Shown here in pieces: positions 40,678 through 43,445 of a stretch of 43,445 nt of DNA. Each line of letters begins with the position of its first letter. The stretch's first letter is position 1. The stretch is from a virus. The stretch spans positions 1 through 43,445 of IMG/VR virus record IMGVR_UViG_3300028589_000003. One strand, written 5' to 3'. The notes under the pieces are model-generated. The model was not told where the DNA came from. It did not search any database and saw only the letters and a program-made list of their open reading frames with translations. The translations under genes were made by a program, and so were the position numbers.

Positions 40678-40706
40678 AAGGGTTTCTCCTGTTGAGTGAA
40701 GCCGGG

Positions 40707-41708
40707 TCAGACGACCCGGGCCTCAGAGTTGAGCATTGCGTCGACGCGACGAACAGGCACTTCGCCGAACATCAGCGCTGGCTTGCCTGCAACGTTGTCG
40801 TAAGACAGGGTCGATGCGGCCACTTTGTTCACGGTCTGGCGGCGCAGGAACGAGCGGATGCGGCGCGGAACGTAGAACACCGGGGTTACGCCGTTCAGGC
40901 TGTGGATCATCTCCAGGGCCTGGGTCATCAGGTCGATGATGTCGGCGCCGGCACTGGCGTTCTTGGTCAGGTCGCTGTTGTCGATGTTGGCGATACGAAC
41001 GGCGTAGCGCCAGTCATGGACAGCAATGCCGGCCTTCCACTGGTACTGATCGCCGTAAGCGCGGAAGCGGTTCATGTTGGCATCGAACGCATCAATCTCG
41101 CCCAGGTCGTTGTGGATCAGGCCAGCCTGCGAGCCTTTCGGATAGATGCCGTGGATGGTGTTCGCGCCCCAGCCGATCAGCCAGATGGACGAGTTATCGG
41201 TACCAGTGCCGCCGGCATCGATTACGTTGTCCTTGGTGGCCGCGCCGCCGACAGTGGTGGGTACGTCGTCATAGCGCGGCGAAAGGCCTACGAAGGCCTC
41301 AGGGGTGGAGCGGTCGCCGTAGATGACTTGCTGCTGCATGCGCTGGTTCATGGCTTCGAGGTGAGCCTTTGCCTGCAGAAGGCGGAACTGCGGGGTGTTT
41401 CCGTTCAGCATGGCCAGGTCTTTGTCGATCTCGGAGCGCGCTTCCAAGATGCCGCAGGCCTCATCCAGCTGTGCAGTGGTCGCCTTGCTCGGTGGAACGC
41501 CGCCGTTCAGCTTGCGCCATACAGGCTCAGGCAGGCCGGTGCGAGTGGTCACGCGGTGGCCGGTGGGCAAGTTGCCCTCGTACCAAGGCATGTCGAGCAG
41601 CATTTCGTTGTCCTGGCTCAGCAGTTCCGCTACTGCAGCGGTCTTGCCGTCCGGGTCCAGGGTCTTCGCCACATCCAACAATGTGACTTTACCGGTCAGA
41701 GTTGCCAT
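40707..41708 (-). CDS. Major capsid protein
   Basis: 333 aa. Follows the scaffold-like gene and is followed by the cement-like gene and a terminator. Size and composition are typical of an HK97-fold MCP. Confidence 0.8.
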   Translation of the reverse strand: MATLTGKVTLLDVAKTLDPDGKTAAVAELLSQDNEMLLDMPWYEGNLPTGHRVTTRTGLPEPVWRKLNGGVPPSKATTAQLDEACGILEARSEIDKDLAMLNGNTPQFRLLQAKAHLEAMNQRMQQQVIYGDRSTPEAFVGLSPRYDDVPTTVGGAATKDNVIDAGGTGTDNSSIWLIGWGANTIHGIYPKGSQAGLIHNDLGEIDAFDANMNRFRAYGDQYQWKAGIAVHDWRYAVRIANIDNSDLTKNASAGADIIDLMTQALEMIHSLNGVTPVFYVPRRIRSFLRRQTVNKVAASTLSYDNVAGKPALMFGEVPVRRVDAMLNSEARVV

Positions 41709-41735
41709 AAATCATTCCCCTCAAGTGGTTTGTGG

Positions 41736-42467
41736 TTACTGCTGTTGCATGGTTGGCCAAAGCACCGCTTCAGGTGGCTTCGGACCGGTGGATCTTTCGC
41801 CACCGTGGACCATCGTGTCTTCGCTGATGCTGGACCCGATGGCGTGGATGAATTTGAAGAACTCCGGGTGAGAGCCCAGGGCCGAGTAGTTCAGCAGCTC
41901 GCGCAACTCAGGACTGGCGAACTTGGCCATGACGTTCTGCGTGGTCTTCAGCGAAGCTTCGAAGTTCTGGCCGCCGATCTCCGGCAGCTGCTTGCACAGA
42001 TTGCCCCAGTCCTTGTTCAGGTTGACGATCTGCGCGTTCATGGCCTCGTGCTGCTGCTTCTGCTGCTCTGCCACCTGCTCGGCGGTGAGTTCAGCAGGCT
42101 GGCGGGCCTTGTCGATCTCCAGAAGCTTGTTCAGGACTTCCTGGGCCTTCTCCTGTGGCAGGCCGAGATCCTTGAACAGGGACTGCACCTGAGGCAGGAC
42201 GGCTTCATCCAGGGTTTCGCCGTCAGGCAGGGTGAATGCCTCGTAGGCCTCTGGTGCACCGGCTGGCTTCTCCTGCTGCTGTTGCTGGCCTTCCTGCTGC
42301 TGCTCTGTGCTGGCCTGCTGTTCGCCGCCGCCAAGCATACTGGATGGCTCTGCCGATGCCTGAGCATCACCGCCAGTTGCAGCAGCTGCGCTGCCACCAT
42401 CACCGCCGTCAGCACCAGCCTCATTCATGAAGAAATGGCCCAGTCGGCCATGGATGAACAGATTCAT
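41736..42467 (-). CDS. Scaffolding protein
   Basis: 243 aa. Acidic, Gln/Glu/Ala-rich and helical (QQQEGQQQQQEKPAG...), lying between portal and MCP. ATG 42467 has GGGAG upstream and an ATGA overlap. Confidence 0.65.
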   Translation of the reverse strand: MNLFIHGRLGHFFMNEAGADGGDGGSAAAATGGDAQASAEPSSMLGGGEQQASTEQQQEGQQQQQEKPAGAPEAYEAFTLPDGETLDEAVLPQVQSLFKDLGLPQEKAQEVLNKLLEIDKARQPAELTAEQVAEQQKQQHEAMNAQIVNLNKDWGNLCKQLPEIGGQNFEASLKTTQNVMAKFASPELRELLNYSALGSHPEFFKFIHAIGSSISEDTMVHGGERSTGPKPPEAVLWPTMQQQ

Positions 42468-42784
42468 TCGTCACTCCCAGTCTGTTGTTCCTGCGCTTCA
42501 CGCAGAAGGCGTTCCCGGTTTTCTTTGACCATCAGGTCGTAAAGCTCTGGTACGTAGGCGATCAGGTCGCTCATCAGCTGGAGGGCGTTACAGCGCTTGC
42601 CCTCGTTGAATGCCAGCTGGCCGTGTTCTTGGTTCGGTGCCGCCTGGTAGATGGCCACCACCTCGAACCGCTCCCAGATGACCCTGCGCGCCTGCACGGT
42701 GCTCATGATCGTCTGGTAGCCCATCTGTCGTTCCAGTTTATCCGCTTCCGCTTTGTTGCTCAAAATTTGTACACCTCGCATCAA
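42464..42784 (-). CDS. Hypothetical protein (106 aa) between portal and scaffold
   Basis: ORF overlapping the portal stop and the scaffold start. Confidence 0.6.
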   Translation of the reverse strand: MMRGVQILSNKAEADKLERQMGYQTIMSTVQARRVIWERFEVVAIYQAAPNQEHGQLAFNEGKRCNALQLMSDLIAYVPELYDLMVKENRERLLREAQEQQTGSDE

Positions 42785-43445
42785 CTCGCGCCAATCATAG
42801 CAGTTAGCGCGCTGTCACCGGTTGTCGGGGTTTCGGAAAGGGTCTTGGCGCTGTCGACCATCTGTGCGGCTTGCTCGGCCATGATCTGTTGCTGCTGTGC
42901 CTGCGCCCTGGCCTGACGGATCGCGTCGACCTCATCCTGAGATCGGAGCAGGGTTGGCGGAACGCCAATGGCGGTGAAGTACTCTTCCTGCGCAACGTCA
43001 GAGTTGATCTTGTCGAAGGCGTCAGGCTGGGCCTGGGCAAGCAGAGAGGTGAACTGAATGGCGCGCTCGATGCCGCTGGCTGCCACGGCCTTCTGTGCCT
43101 GGGACAGGATGCTGACGTACTCGACCCGGAGCGGAACGCCCTGCAGCTCCTCGGGCGGCGGTGGAATCAGTGGCTCGCCCTCACGCAGGCCCATCCAGTA
43201 AGGAATGCTGGCCTCGTACATGATCGAGAAGACTTGGTCGATCAGTGGGTCGAACAGTTCATCGTTGTTGCGCTCGACCACAGGGCCAAGCATCAGCATC
43301 TTCTCCTCTTTGCGCTGGGCCACCTCGTAGGCAGTCATGGTGCCTTCGCTTTGGCTAATCAACAGGAACAGGTCCTCATAGAAGGCCTCGGAGATATCCT
43401 GCTCACACTCGGCAATCTCAGCCCGGACGTTGACCAAGGCTGCAG
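42781..43445 (-). CDS. Portal protein, 3' part (joins 1-1157 across the window ends)
   Basis: ORF open to the right window edge. The C-terminal sequence ...RQARAQAQQQQIMAEQAAQMVDSAKTL... resembles T7-type connector tails. Stop codon at 42781-42783. Confidence 0.85.
   Translation of the reverse strand, partial: AALVNVRAEIAECEQDISEAFYEDLFLLISQSEGTMTAYEVAQRKEEKMLMLGPVVERNNDELFDPLIDQVFSIMYEASIPYWMGLREGEPLIPPPPEELQGVPLRVEYVSILSQAQKAVAASGIERAIQFTSLLAQAQPDAFDKINSDVAQEEYFTAIGVPPTLLRSQDEVDAIRQARAQAQQQQIMAEQAAQMVDSAKTLSETPTTGDSALTAMIGAS
43319..43445. repeat. Terminal overlap: exact copy of 1-127
   Basis: Same 127-nt string as the window start. Unique genome length is therefore 43,318 bp. Confidence 0.95.

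Noticed and set aside
40702-40719. 7-bp GC hairpin (ccgggtc-agac-gacccgg) spanning the MCP stop codon, considered as a terminator.
   Set aside because: No U tract on the coding strand, and it lies immediately before the RBS of the next gene. At most it is an mRNA-stability or coupling structure.
40692-42542. 616-aa plus-strand ORF. Similar long ORFs on the non-coding strand: 37508-39223 (571 aa), 28067-29485 (472 aa), 34063-34926, 33-908, 9193-9936, 8078-8644 and 2236-3370.
   Set aside because: They lie antisense to well-supported genes (MCP/scaffold, nozzle, giant protein, SLT, portal, initiator, dnaB, terL). They have Arg/Leu/Val/Gly/His-rich, Lys/Asn-poor shadow composition typical of GC-rich genomes, and they lack RBS or coupling signals.
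1-43445. Integrase, CI-type repressor, partition genes, tRNAs and CRISPR arrays.
   Set aside because: None found on either strand. Intergenic space is too small for RNA genes, and no regularly spaced repeats are present. Lifestyle (virulent versus non-integrative temperate) cannot be decided from the sequence.

Overview
The window is a complete, circularly closed genome of a GC-rich tailed phage. Bases 1-127 are identical to 43319-43445, so the unique length is 43,318 bp, the window ends are an assembly overlap, and the portal gene is split across them. The virion module is podovirus-like; overlapped spanins with a lipobox imply a Gram-negative host, and codon usage looks Pseudomonas-like (inference only). 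A divergent control region at about 10.35-10.65 kb drives two transcription units. (i) A leftward, minus-strand early operon encodes a Cro/XRE-like regulator, an O-like replication initiator with in-gene iterons, DnaB, about ten small ORFs and a RuvC-like resolvase, and ends at a terminator near 4.6 kb. The roughly 27-kb late operon continues on the same strand and wraps through the window ends. In order it encodes an orphan 162-aa protein, TerS, TerL, a GNAT-like protein, an Ala/Gly-rich protein, portal, scaffold, major capsid, a cement-like protein, a terminator, adaptor/tubular A- and B-like proteins, a second GNAT-like protein at the T7 gp13 position, ejection proteins (189 aa, a 700-aa SLT transglycosylase, a 2381-aa polyvalent giant), two membrane proteins, tailspike, a GH108 endolysin, overlapped spanins, another terminator, and a 3-gene fibre-like cassette. 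(ii) A rightward, plus-strand operon (10.65-20.66 kb) carries RecT and a YqaJ-type exonuclease, a Lar-like anti-restriction gene, a YbcO-like nuclease and many small ORFs. I saw no integrase, CI-type repressor, tRNA, CRISPR array or reverse transcriptase. The most unusual observation is an HNH homing-endonuclease gene (30185-30658, +) lying antisense and codon-on-codon inside the giant virion-protein ORF without interrupting it. It is flanked by AT-rich-codon tracts that look like co-conversion scars. Other points worth a second look: a Sec-signal-bearing tail-fibre-like protein in a post-terminator cassette; an 11-nt palindromic motif at identical spacing upstream of terS and a holin-like gene; a boxA-like element in the rightward leader; a second endonuclease-like gene between recT and exo; and two GNAT-fold genes inside the virion module. 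All family assignments come from reading motifs by eye; no searches were run.
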